Positions 26,876-35,632 of a stretch of 64,000 nucleotides of DNA are shown in pieces. How positions within the stretch are numbered: the first letter of the stretch is position 1; each line of letters starts with the position of its first letter. A program made the translations under genes and the position numbers. Origin of the DNA: Candidatus Moraniibacteriota bacterium. GTDB lineage: Bacteria > Patescibacteriota > Minisyncoccia > Moranbacterales > UBA1568. The notes under the pieces are model-generated. The model did not search any database and was not told where the DNA came from. It saw only the letters and a list, made by a program, of their open reading frames with translations. The stretch is taken from positions 2-64,001 of the forward strand of contig JAAXXZ010000003.1 in the NCBI GenBank assembly GCA_013334245.1. Direction: 5' to 3'.

Positions 26876-27487
26876 ATGAGTACCGTGAACAACGAGGAGA
26901 TAGAAGTGGTGTTTCTCGAGATCGACCAAGACGACATTGAGCGTCGGTTGGCGGGAATCGGGGCGGAGAAGGTGGGCGATATCCTGTATCGTCATACCGC
27001 TTTCGATTATCCCGATTATCGGCTGAACAGCGACAATGCGTGGATACGTCTTCGTGACGAAGGGGACGAGATAGTCCTGGCATACAAGAAGCGTCTTGGG
27101 GTCACCTCTCAGGATGGCAGTACGAACGACGAGGGAATGGAAGAGATCGAATTGGTCGTGGACGATTACTATATGACGAAGGCATTTCTTGCCAAGATAG
27201 GACTCATCGAGAAACACGAGGGAGAGAAGAAAAGGACACGATGGCGGAAAGGGGAGACCGAGTTCGATATCGATACGTGGCCGGGGATACCGACCATGCT
27301 CGAGATCGAAGCGCCGTCGTGGGACGACATCGATATCGCGACGGAGGCTTTGGGACTCCGAAAGGAAGACCGGAAGATCTGTTCGGTGAACCAGGTGTAT
27401 CAGCTGTACGGCATGAACGTGAATGATTATCGGAAGATCGCTTTCGATGGACTGGTGCGGAAGGACGGGTTATCGGTCGATGTGTAA
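26876..27487 (+). CDS. CYTH-domain protein (triphosphate tunnel metalloenzyme / CyaB-like)
   Basis: 203 aa. N-terminal EIEVVFLEID (E-x-E-x-K-like start of the CYTH tunnel), acidic residues throughout and EIELVVDD. Confidence 0.65.
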   Translation: MSTVNNEEIEVVFLEIDQDDIERRLAGIGAEKVGDILYRHTAFDYPDYRLNSDNAWIRLRDEGDEIVLAYKKRLGVTSQDGSTNDEGMEEIELVVDDYYMTKAFLAKIGLIEKHEGEKKRTRWRKGETEFDIDTWPGIPTMLEIEAPSWDDIDIATEALGLRKEDRKICSVNQVYQLYGMNVNDYRKIAFDGLVRKDGLSVDV

Positions 27488-27502
27488 CGACATGCAAACG
27501 CT

Positions 27503-27925
27503 ATGCTGTGGCTATTGTTCGTGTTTCTGACTATCCTGACGTGGGGGAGTTACAACGTGCTGTTGAAATTGGCCGAGCCACACATCAGCCAGTCATGGGC
27601 GTTGTTCCTGATCGGTGTCGTACAGGTGGTCGTAGGAGTGTTCTTCATATGGTATCAGAGAGCGAACGATGAGGCGCTGCTTACGATAAAGGGCGCGATG
27701 ATAGCGGTCATTGCAGGCCTTGTGTTCGTCATGGGCATGATTTTTTTCCTGTACGCCTTCAAATTCAAAGCTCCGGCATCCGTCGCCATCGCGCTGTATA
27801 CCGTAGGCGCCCTACTGATCGGCGTGATTTCCGGCCCGCTCGTTTTCCATGAAGTACTGACGTCGAGAATCCTGACGGGTATAGGGTTTGCACTGGTCAG
27901 TATCGCTATCCTGACGCTCAAATAA
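27503..27925 (+). CDS. small 4-TM membrane protein (EamA/SMR-like)
   Basis: 140 aa with four hydrophobic helices. Resembles half of a DMT transporter. Confidence 0.5.
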   Translation: MLWLLFVFLTILTWGSYNVLLKLAEPHISQSWALFLIGVVQVVVGVFFIWYQRANDEALLTIKGAMIAVIAGLVFVMGMIFFLYAFKFKAPASVAIALYTVGALLIGVISGPLVFHEVLTSRILTGIGFALVSIAILTLK

Positions 27926-27927
27926 AT

Positions 27928-28623
27928 ATGCAAAACCTACCGACCGCGGAAGTGTACGAGAAGGAGTTCAGGTATATGCCTTGGGGCATCCTTATTCACG
28001 AGATCATGGATCGTATCGCGGAGGATGTTCCGCAGGAAGGAAAGGTGTTGGATTTATTGTGCGGTACCGGATATCTTCTTTCTGAACTAAAGAAGAGGCG
28101 TCCGGATATCTCGTTCGTCGGCGTCGATATGGAATCCGAATTCATCGATTTCGCGATGGAACGGTATGACAGTATCGAGTTCAAGGCGGCGGATGTCCTG
28201 AAGTGGACGGATGATCGCCGATTCGACGCCGTTCTCTGTACCGCCGGCCTGCATCATCTGCCGTATGAAATGCAGGACGCGTTCGTCGGGAAGGTCGCCG
28301 GCTTCGTGGGGGAGGGCGGATTCGCGATCATCGCCGACCCGTATATCGACGATTATGCGGACGAGATCGAACGAAAACTGGCGTCGGCGAAACTCGGATA
28401 TGAGTACCTGGCGGCGACCATCAGAAACGGCGGCACCGATGACGTGATCGATGCGGCCCTGACTCTGATCGGCAATGATATATATACCGTAGAGTTCAAG
28501 ACCTCGGTTGCGAAGAATCGGCCCGTTTTCAGCCGATATTTTGGGAAGGTCGAGGAACATAAAACATGGCCGGAAACCGACGGAGGAGGGTATGGTGATT
28601 ATTATTTCATTCTCAGACGTTAA
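27928..28623 (+). CDS. class I SAM-dependent methyltransferase
   Basis: 231 aa. Motif I is VLDLLCGTGYL. Acidic post-I FVGVDME and DAVLCTAGLHH. Confidence 0.75.
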   Translation: MQNLPTAEVYEKEFRYMPWGILIHEIMDRIAEDVPQEGKVLDLLCGTGYLLSELKKRRPDISFVGVDMESEFIDFAMERYDSIEFKAADVLKWTDDRRFDAVLCTAGLHHLPYEMQDAFVGKVAGFVGEGGFAIIADPYIDDYADEIERKLASAKLGYEYLAATIRNGGTDDVIDAALTLIGNDIYTVEFKTSVAKNRPVFSRYFGKVEEHKTWPETDGGGYGDYYFILRR

Positions 28624-28707
28624 CAGGGTTTCTAGAGAGAGGGATTCTTCATTTTACGGTCTTCTGATATACTGGACGGGTCGGAAATAACAACGTAAGA
28701 AAAAAAT

Positions 28708-29694
28708 GTGAAAAAGGGTATACTTATCGGCGCGCTCGTCGTGCTTTTGTTGTCGGGAGCGGCGTTCGTCGCCATTTCCCGTACCGGCTTAGTACGGTTG
28801 ACCCCCGGGAAATCCGTCATCGGGGCCGAGGCCGCGAAAGCGAAAATGGAAGCGTTCGTCCGTGACGGCCTCGGTGTTCCCGCGACGGCCGAAGTGATGG
28901 TCTCCGCAGCTACCGAGGAAGCGGGAGTCTACAAGGCGACCGTGACCATTCAGAAGAAGGATTACCCGATGTACCTTTCACTCGATGGAAAGAAGTTCTT
29001 TCCGAACGGGATGGACACCGAGGTGAAGTCGGCCGAAGCGGCTGCTGCCAAGGCGCAGCCCCAGGATATTCCGAAGTCGGCTAAGCCCACGGTGCAGCTG
29101 TTCGTCATGAGTTATTGCCCGTATGGAACGCAGATCGAGAAGGGGATTCTGCCCGTTCTTGAGACACTCGGCGACAAGATAGACTACACGTTGGAGTTCG
29201 TCTCGTACGCGATGCATGACAAGAAGGAGCTCGACGAGAACCTTCGTCAGTACTGCATCCGGATTGAAGAGCCCTCGAGACTCAATGCATATCTAGGCTG
29301 TTTCCTGAAGAAGGGGCAGGGAACCGAGGCGGCATGCCTGAAGACGGCCGGCGTAAATGTCGCGAAGAACGCCGCGTGCATGAAGGCGACGGACACGAAG
29401 TTCGACATCACGAAGAACTTCAACGACAAGAGTACCTATTCCGGCTCGTTTCCCCCGTTTAACGTCGACAAGGCGGACAACGACAAGTATGCGGTGGCCG
29501 GATCCCCGACGCTCGTAATCAACGGCGTCTCGGCCGATTCGCAGCGCGATCCGGCATCGCTCCTGAAGACGATCTGTTCCGGATTCGACAACGCGCCCGC
29601 GGAATGTTCGAAGACGCTTTCGACGACCGCGCCGGCTGCAGGATTCGGTGAAGGTGCGGGGAGCGGCGCGTCGAACGCCAATTGCGGAAGTTAG
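28708..29694 (+). CDS. exported DsbA-like thioredoxin-fold protein with monothiol active site (CPYG)
   Basis: 328 aa. N-terminal anchor/signal. The thioredoxin-like core is VQLFVMSYCPYGTQIE (DsbA-like position, second Cys replaced by Gly). Further Cys pairs downstream. Confidence 0.55.
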   Translation: MKKGILIGALVVLLLSGAAFVAISRTGLVRLTPGKSVIGAEAAKAKMEAFVRDGLGVPATAEVMVSAATEEAGVYKATVTIQKKDYPMYLSLDGKKFFPNGMDTEVKSAEAAAAKAQPQDIPKSAKPTVQLFVMSYCPYGTQIEKGILPVLETLGDKIDYTLEFVSYAMHDKKELDENLRQYCIRIEEPSRLNAYLGCFLKKGQGTEAACLKTAGVNVAKNAACMKATDTKFDITKNFNDKSTYSGSFPPFNVDKADNDKYAVAGSPTLVINGVSADSQRDPASLLKTICSGFDNAPAECSKTLSTTAPAAGFGEGAGSGASNANCGS

Positions 29695-29720
29695 TCAAAA
29701 AATCTGGTATAGAAAGACTG

Positions 29721-29749
29721 AAAGCCGTCCTTATGGGCGGCTTTCTTTT
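29721..29749 (+). terminator. intrinsic terminator
   Basis: aaagccgtcc-ttat-gggcggcttt followed by cttttg. Confidence 0.6.
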
Positions 29750-29760
29750 GCGAAGCGTTT

Positions 29761-30162
29761 TCATGACGTGAGGGCGAGCAGCTGCTTCGCGGTTACGCAT
29801 GCGGACCTGAACAAGTTCAGGCTTGTGCAGATACATTCGCCCAGGAGCCAGACGAACGCGTCCGGAATGGGATTCGGTGACAGTTCCCAATCCTTGAACT
29901 CCAGGACTTCGAACCGGAATCCGAGTTCCTTTTCTCCATCCGATTCACGAACCGGTTCCACGAAGACCAGCCCAACCAGGCACAGGCCATGTCGCGGATA
30001 CGGGTAGAAGTATCCTTCGACGATGAGCTTGCCGGTAGCGTCGCGGTATTTGTAGGGTCGCGTGTGGACGGAACCCGGGTTATCGCCATTCAGCAACCCC
30101 GTGAGTTGTAGCGCCTTAATAAAGGCACGTCTGGATTTTTCATCCTGGTATTCCTGATTCAT
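29761..30162 (-). CDS. hypothetical protein
   Basis: ATG at 30162 with strong GGAGGAGGA RBS (agaggaggaggaacggcaATG). 133 aa, no recognised domain. Confidence 0.55.
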   Translation of the reverse strand: MNQEYQDEKSRRAFIKALQLTGLLNGDNPGSVHTRPYKYRDATGKLIVEGYFYPYPRHGLCLVGLVFVEPVRESDGEKELGFRFEVLEFKDWELSPNPIPDAFVWLLGECICTSLNLFRSACVTAKQLLALTS

Positions 30163-30344
30163 TGCCGTTCCTCCTCCTCTTGCGCATTGTTAATTTTAGG
30201 CCAAAAACGAACCCTTTTGCTTGTGGTCGGCATCATAGGGAATCAAGGGGAATCCGTCAATCGTATCGTGGACCGACGAGCGTAAAATAATACCATTTCT
30301 AAATAATACATTCCCTCTATAGCTGTCGTTCGAGTCCGTACTCG

Positions 30345-30470
30345 GGCGGTCTGTCCCGTGTATGCCGGAGTAGCAATCCAGTATTTATAGCACAGACCTG
30401 GACCGCCACGGATTTCCGAAGACGCAAATCCTTGCGGAGACAGGAAGGCGGTTTCTTAGAAATGGTATGA
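30345..30470 (+). repeat. repeat family 3, copy 3
   Basis: ggtctgtcccg...gtagcaatccag...ctggaccgccacggatttccgaagacgcaaatccttgcggagac...agaaatggtatgac. Confidence 0.6.
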
Positions 30471-30525
30471 CTCCCACTTTCCCTTCCCGCTTCGGCGTGC
30501 TATACAAGGGAAAGACTCTTACTCT

Positions 30526-31104
30526 ATGGAAATACGGGAGGTGAAATTCTTACGGGGGGTGACGGGATCCGAGGGGCTTCCCGAGGTCGACCGGCCGACG
30601 GTCGCCTTTTTCGGTCGCTCGAACGTGGGAAAGTCGAGTGTCATCAACGCGCTTGTCCGTCGAAAGGATATGGCCCGTTCCAGTTCGCGTCCCGGTCGCA
30701 CGACCGAGGTGAACTACTTTTCCGTCGACGATTCCTGGTACCTTGCGGACACTCCCGGATACGGATATGCTCGGCTGTCGAAGGTGTTCATGGAAAAGAT
30801 TGCAAAGCACCTCTCCTGGTTTGCGGGCGCTCCCGAGGTCACGCTTCGCCTTGCGGTCGTAGTGATCGATGCGGCGATCGGTTTGCAGGAAGCGGACAAG
30901 GAAACGATTTCCGTCCTGCAAGACGCCGGTCGCACGGTGCTGATTCTCGGGAATAAAAGTGACAAGGGACGTCGGAACGATATTTCGAACCATATACGGG
31001 AAGCGGAGCGCGAGTTCCCGGATTGCCGCGTCATCCGGTATTCGGCAAAGACCGGTGAAGGTAGGGCGGACCTGCTGGGCGCCATTTCCGATGTCATCGG
31101 ATAA
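30526..31104 (+). CDS. engB: ribosome biogenesis GTP-binding protein EngB/YihA/YsxC
   Basis: 192 aa with VAFFGRSNVGKSSVINAL (G1), DTPGYGYA (G3) and NKSD (G4). Confidence 0.9.
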   Translation: MEIREVKFLRGVTGSEGLPEVDRPTVAFFGRSNVGKSSVINALVRRKDMARSSSRPGRTTEVNYFSVDDSWYLADTPGYGYARLSKVFMEKIAKHLSWFAGAPEVTLRLAVVVIDAAIGLQEADKETISVLQDAGRTVLILGNKSDKGRRNDISNHIREAEREFPDCRVIRYSAKTGEGRADLLGAISDVIG

Positions 31105-31116
31105 AGCGGATAGCGG

Positions 31117-31156
31117 AACGGACTGCGAGGGTTGACCTGCAGTCCGTTTGCTTTTG
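31117..31156 (+). terminator. intrinsic terminator after engB
   Basis: 10-bp stem aacggactgc/gcagtccgtt with 12-nt loop, then tgcttttg. Confidence 0.7.
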
Positions 31157-31163
31157 CCGTTCG

Positions 31164-31625
31164 TTACTCCGAGTGTATCGGAGGCGAAAGCCTTTTCCTG
31201 TCTAAAATGGAAAAAATAGTTCCCACCATCTGAGCGCTGTGCCTCAGAGCGATTCGTGCCAGTTGCATCTGGATGCCAACGAAGGACCCTATCGATTGGC
31301 CGACCGCGTGCAAGAAGTACTTCCCGGCGATGACTTCAGCAACAAATTCTTCGAATGACTTTCCGCTTTCCTGGAACAGTCGGAACAGCGTGTCGCCCGT
31401 ACACGGTGCCATCTCGAGGAATCGAACCGTCATCTCCTTACTCTCCATTTCGGAGTATTGTTTGCCTCCGAAGAGGTAAAAATGTGCCACTAATTTCGTA
31501 AGATCATAGTGGCCGTTCGTGATGTGTCTCGCGTGCTGCAAGGGCAGCGGAAGCTGCGGATTTTTCATGGCTGGTTCGGTTTTTTGGTTGATGTAAAGGT
31601 AGAAATTGACTTTCGAAACTATCAT
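31164..31625 (-). CDS. hypothetical protein (start uncertain)
   Basis: 153-aa ORF. No SD at either candidate ATG (31625 or 31568). Confidence 0.35.
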   Translation of the reverse strand: MIVSKVNFYLYINQKTEPAMKNPQLPLPLQHARHITNGHYDLTKLVAHFYLFGGKQYSEMESKEMTVRFLEMAPCTGDTLFRLFQESGKSFEEFVAEVIAGKYFLHAVGQSIGSFVGIQMQLARIALRHSAQMVGTIFSILDRKRLSPPIHSE

Positions 31626-31747
31626 AGCATGCCTATTCCGTCAAGGGTAGCGCACGGGAGAGAGCCTTCCCAGAAGTCCATATTTGAATAATTATGCGAA
31701 AAGGAACACAATGAGCGCAACAACGGGGGACTCGGTTTCATAAGAAC

Positions 31748-32323
31748 ATGAAAGCACTACGGATTATCATCGTCACATCTTTTTTCGCTCTCGTATCGCT
31801 TCCGGGATATGTTTTTGCAGAAAATGAAACGCAATCGTCAGGAGCGATCCACGCAAAGAATGAGAACGAGCTTTCCGCTGGTTTTTATTATTTCATCGGC
31901 GATCTGGCTGGGTGGAACATCGGAGAAGACGGCAAGTCTGCCTCGGAACAGTGTCATGAGTCCGGCAGCGTACGTGGCGAAGAAACGGAAACGGGTACCG
32001 GGGAGCCGAATGAGGTATCAGGCAAGATCGAAAAACCTGTTTCAGAAATTCCGTCAGGCGTACCTGAACAGGAGGTACAAAAAAGAACGATTCCGGTTCC
32101 ATTCAAGCCCGCAACGGTTGTCCGACATGTAATTTCCGCGCCATATCCGAACTCGTATAAGAAGGTGAACGGACGACTCGTATGTGCGAAGAAAAACGAT
32201 CATCCGGAAAAGAGCAAAAAAAATAAAAAGAAACACATGGATATGGAGTGTTGTCTTGATCCTGACGAGATTCCGAATCCGCACTGTTACTATCCGCCGG
32301 AAAAGTACGGAAAGTATCTTTAG
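31748..32323 (+). CDS. secreted hypothetical protein
   Basis: Signal peptide MKALRIIIVTSFFALVSLPGYVFA. Lys-rich and Cys-containing C-terminus (HMDMECCLDPDEIPNPHCYY). Confidence 0.5.
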   Translation: MKALRIIIVTSFFALVSLPGYVFAENETQSSGAIHAKNENELSAGFYYFIGDLAGWNIGEDGKSASEQCHESGSVRGEETETGTGEPNEVSGKIEKPVSEIPSGVPEQEVQKRTIPVPFKPATVVRHVISAPYPNSYKKVNGRLVCAKKNDHPEKSKKNKKKHMDMECCLDPDEIPNPHCYYPPEKYGKYL

Positions 32324-32697
32324 CGGCTGAAATGGAGAAAGACAGGCCGTTAGGTCTGTCTTTCGTTTGTTGACGTTTGGCAGGCGTTACGCAGTGACTG
32401 CCTGTCCGTCAGAGGTTTCTGCTGCCTGAGGCTTTAACGGAGTGCCGTCTGATACTTCTGACGATCCGCAGCCTTGTCCAGAGGACAGAGCGCATCCTGG
32501 GCATTTTGGGCCACCGAAGTTGGGGCAGCCTGGCTTATTGCAGGTTTCGATTTCTGGCATTCACGTTCTCCGTTAGTGTTCTAGAAGTTAAGACAACAAT
32601 AATTTTTGATTATAGACGAAAACCCTCGTTTTGTCAATTGTTGCCGAAGAACGGGACGTGGTATGATACAGGGCCGAAACAAGTAATTCATGACGCT

Positions 32698-33066
32698 ATG
32701 ACTGGAAACGCGAAAGAGATACTCGCGAAGCTCCGAGCGAAGGCGGAACCCATCGCGCAGGATTCGCTTGGAAAAGTGAAGGCGTCGGTCTGTTCAGCGC
32801 GCGGGTACGCGTGTTCGATCGTCGGTAGAATGACGGTGAAGGAACGTCTGTTGGTATTGTTCGCTGTCGGAGTCGTCCTCGGCTTCGGCGTGAAGACTGC
32901 CGCCGGTGGATTCATGACGATCGGCTACCAGGATTATTCCGTGAAGGGTAAAGGGGGAGCATACGACCTGAACCTTTTGCAACGGAAGGTCGCGGAGAAG
33001 AACGCGTCCATGACGTCGGATCAGGCGGATGCGACGGCGGTGCCGGCTGGTGGACAATGTCAGTAG
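32698..33066 (+). CDS. small membrane protein (start uncertain)
   Basis: MTGNAKEIL... with one TM (LLVLFAVGVVLGFGV). The upstream 190 nt of the track ORF look non-coding. Confidence 0.35.
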   Translation: MTGNAKEILAKLRAKAEPIAQDSLGKVKASVCSARGYACSIVGRMTVKERLLVLFAVGVVLGFGVKTAAGGFMTIGYQDYSVKGKGGAYDLNLLQRKVAEKNASMTSDQADATAVPAGGQCQ

Positions 33067-33118
33067 ACGGACGCAGACATCCGGGAGGAAGGAGGGGATA
33101 AGTAACGAATGGAACGAT

Positions 33119-34195
33119 ATGTACGGAAATGACATCGAATCGGGAGAGATCGTGACGGGCGGAGCGGGAATCGTTCCGATCCGTGACGAGAAGGAGATGA
33201 AGATCCAGAATTTGACCGCGATACTCATATTGATCGTCGGTCTGTTCGTGGGAAGCCTTTTCGTTGACATCGGACAGCTGGTGACTCGTGAGGGATATTC
33301 TCCGCGTGCGGTCCGGGAGAACAACATCCTCGAAGCGGCCGGTAAGACCTGGGTCGCCTACACGGATCCGAAGGTGGACGTCACGGTCATTACCGACGAG
33401 GCCTGCGAGAAATGTTCGCCGGACGAGGCGTTGGTATGGTTCCGTCGGATTCTCCCTACCATGGAGGCAGAGCCGGTGGAGGCGTCCTCGGAGCAAGGGG
33501 AAGTGCTGGTTGAACGGTATGGTATTCGGACGCTTCCCGCTTTCATATTTTCCGATGCGGTAGCTGGAACCGATTTCTATAACGCGGCCGCCGAGATTTT
33601 CACAGTGAAGGACGGTTCCTTCGTACTTGATACGGCCCGCCTCGGTCTCGCACCCGGGAAATACCTTTCGACTCCCGAGGTCGGGGATGGTGCCATCGTT
33701 GTCGGGTCAAAGGATGCGAAGGTTCGTGTCATCGAATATTCTGATTTCCAGTGTCCCTATTCAAAGGCGTTTCATCCTTCGGTGAAGAAGATGCTTGCCG
33801 AATATGGCGACAGAATCGAGTTCGTGTACAAGCAGCTTCCGCTCGCGTTTCATGCGCAGGCCGAAAACGCGTCGCTTGCGAGCGAGTGCGCGAACGAGCA
33901 GGGCAAGTTCCAGGCATATTCCGACGTGCTGTTCGCCAAACAGGCCGAATGGGGAGCGACGCAGGGGGTGCAGAAATTCAAGGACTATGCGCGGGTACTT
34001 GGAATCAAGGCCGCCGATTTCAACGCCTGTCTCGATTCGAAGAAGTTCTCCGACAAGATAGCGGCGGATTCCGCGGAGGCGGCATCCTTCGGCGTGGACG
34101 GAACGCCGGGCATCTTCGTGAATGACGAGTTCTTCGCGGGCGCCGTCCCGTACGAGAGCCTGAAGGCCTCCATCGATGCGAAACTGGCGGAGTAG
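33119..34195 (+). CDS. membrane-anchored tandem thioredoxin-fold / DsbA-family protein with CxxS motif
   Basis: ATG 33119 preceded by GGAGGAAGGAGGGG. TM anchor ILILIVGLFVGSLFV. First domain with DEACEKCSPDE. The second is DsbA-like with VIEYSDFQCPYSKAFHP (CPYS instead of CPHC/CPYC) and FGVDGTPGIFVN. Confidence 0.7.
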   Translation: MYGNDIESGEIVTGGAGIVPIRDEKEMKIQNLTAILILIVGLFVGSLFVDIGQLVTREGYSPRAVRENNILEAAGKTWVAYTDPKVDVTVITDEACEKCSPDEALVWFRRILPTMEAEPVEASSEQGEVLVERYGIRTLPAFIFSDAVAGTDFYNAAAEIFTVKDGSFVLDTARLGLAPGKYLSTPEVGDGAIVVGSKDAKVRVIEYSDFQCPYSKAFHPSVKKMLAEYGDRIEFVYKQLPLAFHAQAENASLASECANEQGKFQAYSDVLFAKQAEWGATQGVQKFKDYARVLGIKAADFNACLDSKKFSDKIAADSAEAASFGVDGTPGIFVNDEFFAGAVPYESLKASIDAKLAE

Positions 34196-34220
34196 CGTTC
34201 ATTTTTGGCGACGCACAAAA

Positions 34221-34246
34221 AAACGCCCCCGCGTGGGGCGTTTTTT
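34221..34246 (+). terminator. intrinsic terminator
   Basis: aaacgcccc-cgcgt-ggggcgtttttt. Confidence 0.8.
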
Positions 34247-34316
34247 GATAGCCGTATTCATTCCAGACTTCCGACCGTTACCCGTCTCGTTCACCGTTCT
34301 CTGTTATCTGACACTG

Positions 34317-34389
34317 AGCCGATGGCCGGATTTGAACCGGCGACCTACGCGTTACGAGTGCGTTGCTCTACCAACTGAGCTACATCGGC
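34317..34389 (-). tRNA. tRNA-Thr (anticodon CGU)
   Basis: Minus-strand sequence GCCGATGTAGCTCAGTTGGTAGAGCAACGCACTCGTAACGCGTAGGTCGCCGGTTCAAATCCGGCCATCGGCT. 7-bp acceptor, D-arm GCTC/GAGC, T-arm GCCGG-TTCAAAT-CCGGC, anticodon loop CTCGTAA. One A-C mismatch in the anticodon stem. Confidence 0.85.
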
Positions 34390-34518
34390 AAACCCTTCGA
34401 TTGAAAGCCCGATCGGGTTCTAGGAACCAGAGTACCGGAATATTGCGAACTTGGCAACCGGAACGTCGGTGCGGATTACGCTTTCATTTTCTTCAAAAAA
34501 TGGTATACTGAAAGCGTT

Positions 34519-35617
34519 ATGGAAGCACTGAAAGAGACTATCGAGGCGTTACGCGAGAAACTCCCGCATCTGCGGGAATATCTTTGACGTGCCGACGAAG
34601 GAACGGAGGCGGCAGGAGCTGAGGGCGGAGAGTTCGAGGGCGGATCTCTGGAACGACCCGGCTGAGGCGGGGAAAATGCTCCGAGAACTCGAGTCACTCG
34701 ATCGGGAGCTTGGTTCTTTGGAAAGGATCGAAACGGAACTGCGCGATCTCGATGAGTTGTCGCGACTGGGGGACCTTGGTGCGGATGAGGAGAAGGATAT
34801 TTCCCGTCAGGTCGACGTGCTCGAGAAGGAAATGGGGGAATGGGAATTCCGTCTGCTGTTTTCGGGGGCGCATGATCGAGGCGACGCGCTGGTGTCCATC
34901 CATGCGGGAGCGGGAGGCGTCGACGCGCAGGACTGGGCAGAGATGCTTCTGCGGATGTATCTGCGATATGCCGAACAGAGCGGCTTCAAGGCTCACGTCA
35001 TCGACGAATCCCGGGGCGGGGAGGCGGGAATCAAGAGCGTCACGATAGAAGTATCCGGGGAATACGCGTACGGATATCTCAGGACGGAGGCAGGGGTGCA
35101 TCGGTTGGTGCGGTTGTCGCCGTTCAATGCCAATCAGCTTCGTCAGACTTCGTTCGCGCTTGTCGAGGTACTGCCGGTGCTTGAGGATACCGCGGAAGTC
35201 GCCGTAAAGCCGGACGAGTTGCGGATCGATACGTACCGGGCATCCGGAGCCGGCGGGCAGCATGTGAACAAGACCGACAGCGCCGTGCGTATAACACACC
35301 TCGCGACCGGCATAGTGGCCAGCTCGCAGAGCGAGCGTTCCCAACTCCAGAACCGGGAGCAGGCCATGAAGCTCCTGATCGGAAAACTCTACAAACGTCA
35401 GCTCGAAGAGCGTGAGCAGGAGACGAAGGCCCTCAAGGGCGAACACAAGAGTGCCGAGTGGGGGAATCAGATACGTTCCTACGTGCTTCACCCGTACAAT
35501 CTCGTAAAGGATCATCGGACCAAAGTGGAGACGGCGGATACGACGAAAGTGCTCGATGGGGGGATAGGTCCGTTCATAGAAGCGGCACTCAAATCCGGAA
35601 TCGTTTCAAAAGGATAA
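34519..35617 (+). CDS. prfB: peptide chain release factor 2, with programmed +1 ribosomal frameshift
   Basis: Frame 0 runs MEALKETIEALREKLPHLREYL then TGA at 34585-34587 within CTT TGA C (34582-34588). The +1 frame continues DVPTKERRRQEL... to 35617. Contains SPF (RF2 tripeptide) and GGQHVNKTDSAVRITH. Product about 365 aa. Confidence 0.9.
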
Positions 35618-35632
35618 ACAAGGAATACGAAT

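Noticed and set aside
30325-30345. tRNA-like T-arm sequence GTTCGAGTCC
   Set aside because: No acceptor or anticodon arms can be built around it. It is part of the 5-prime end of a family-3 repeat copy.
34694-35515. 273-aa minus-strand ORF
   Set aside because: Antisense to prfB.
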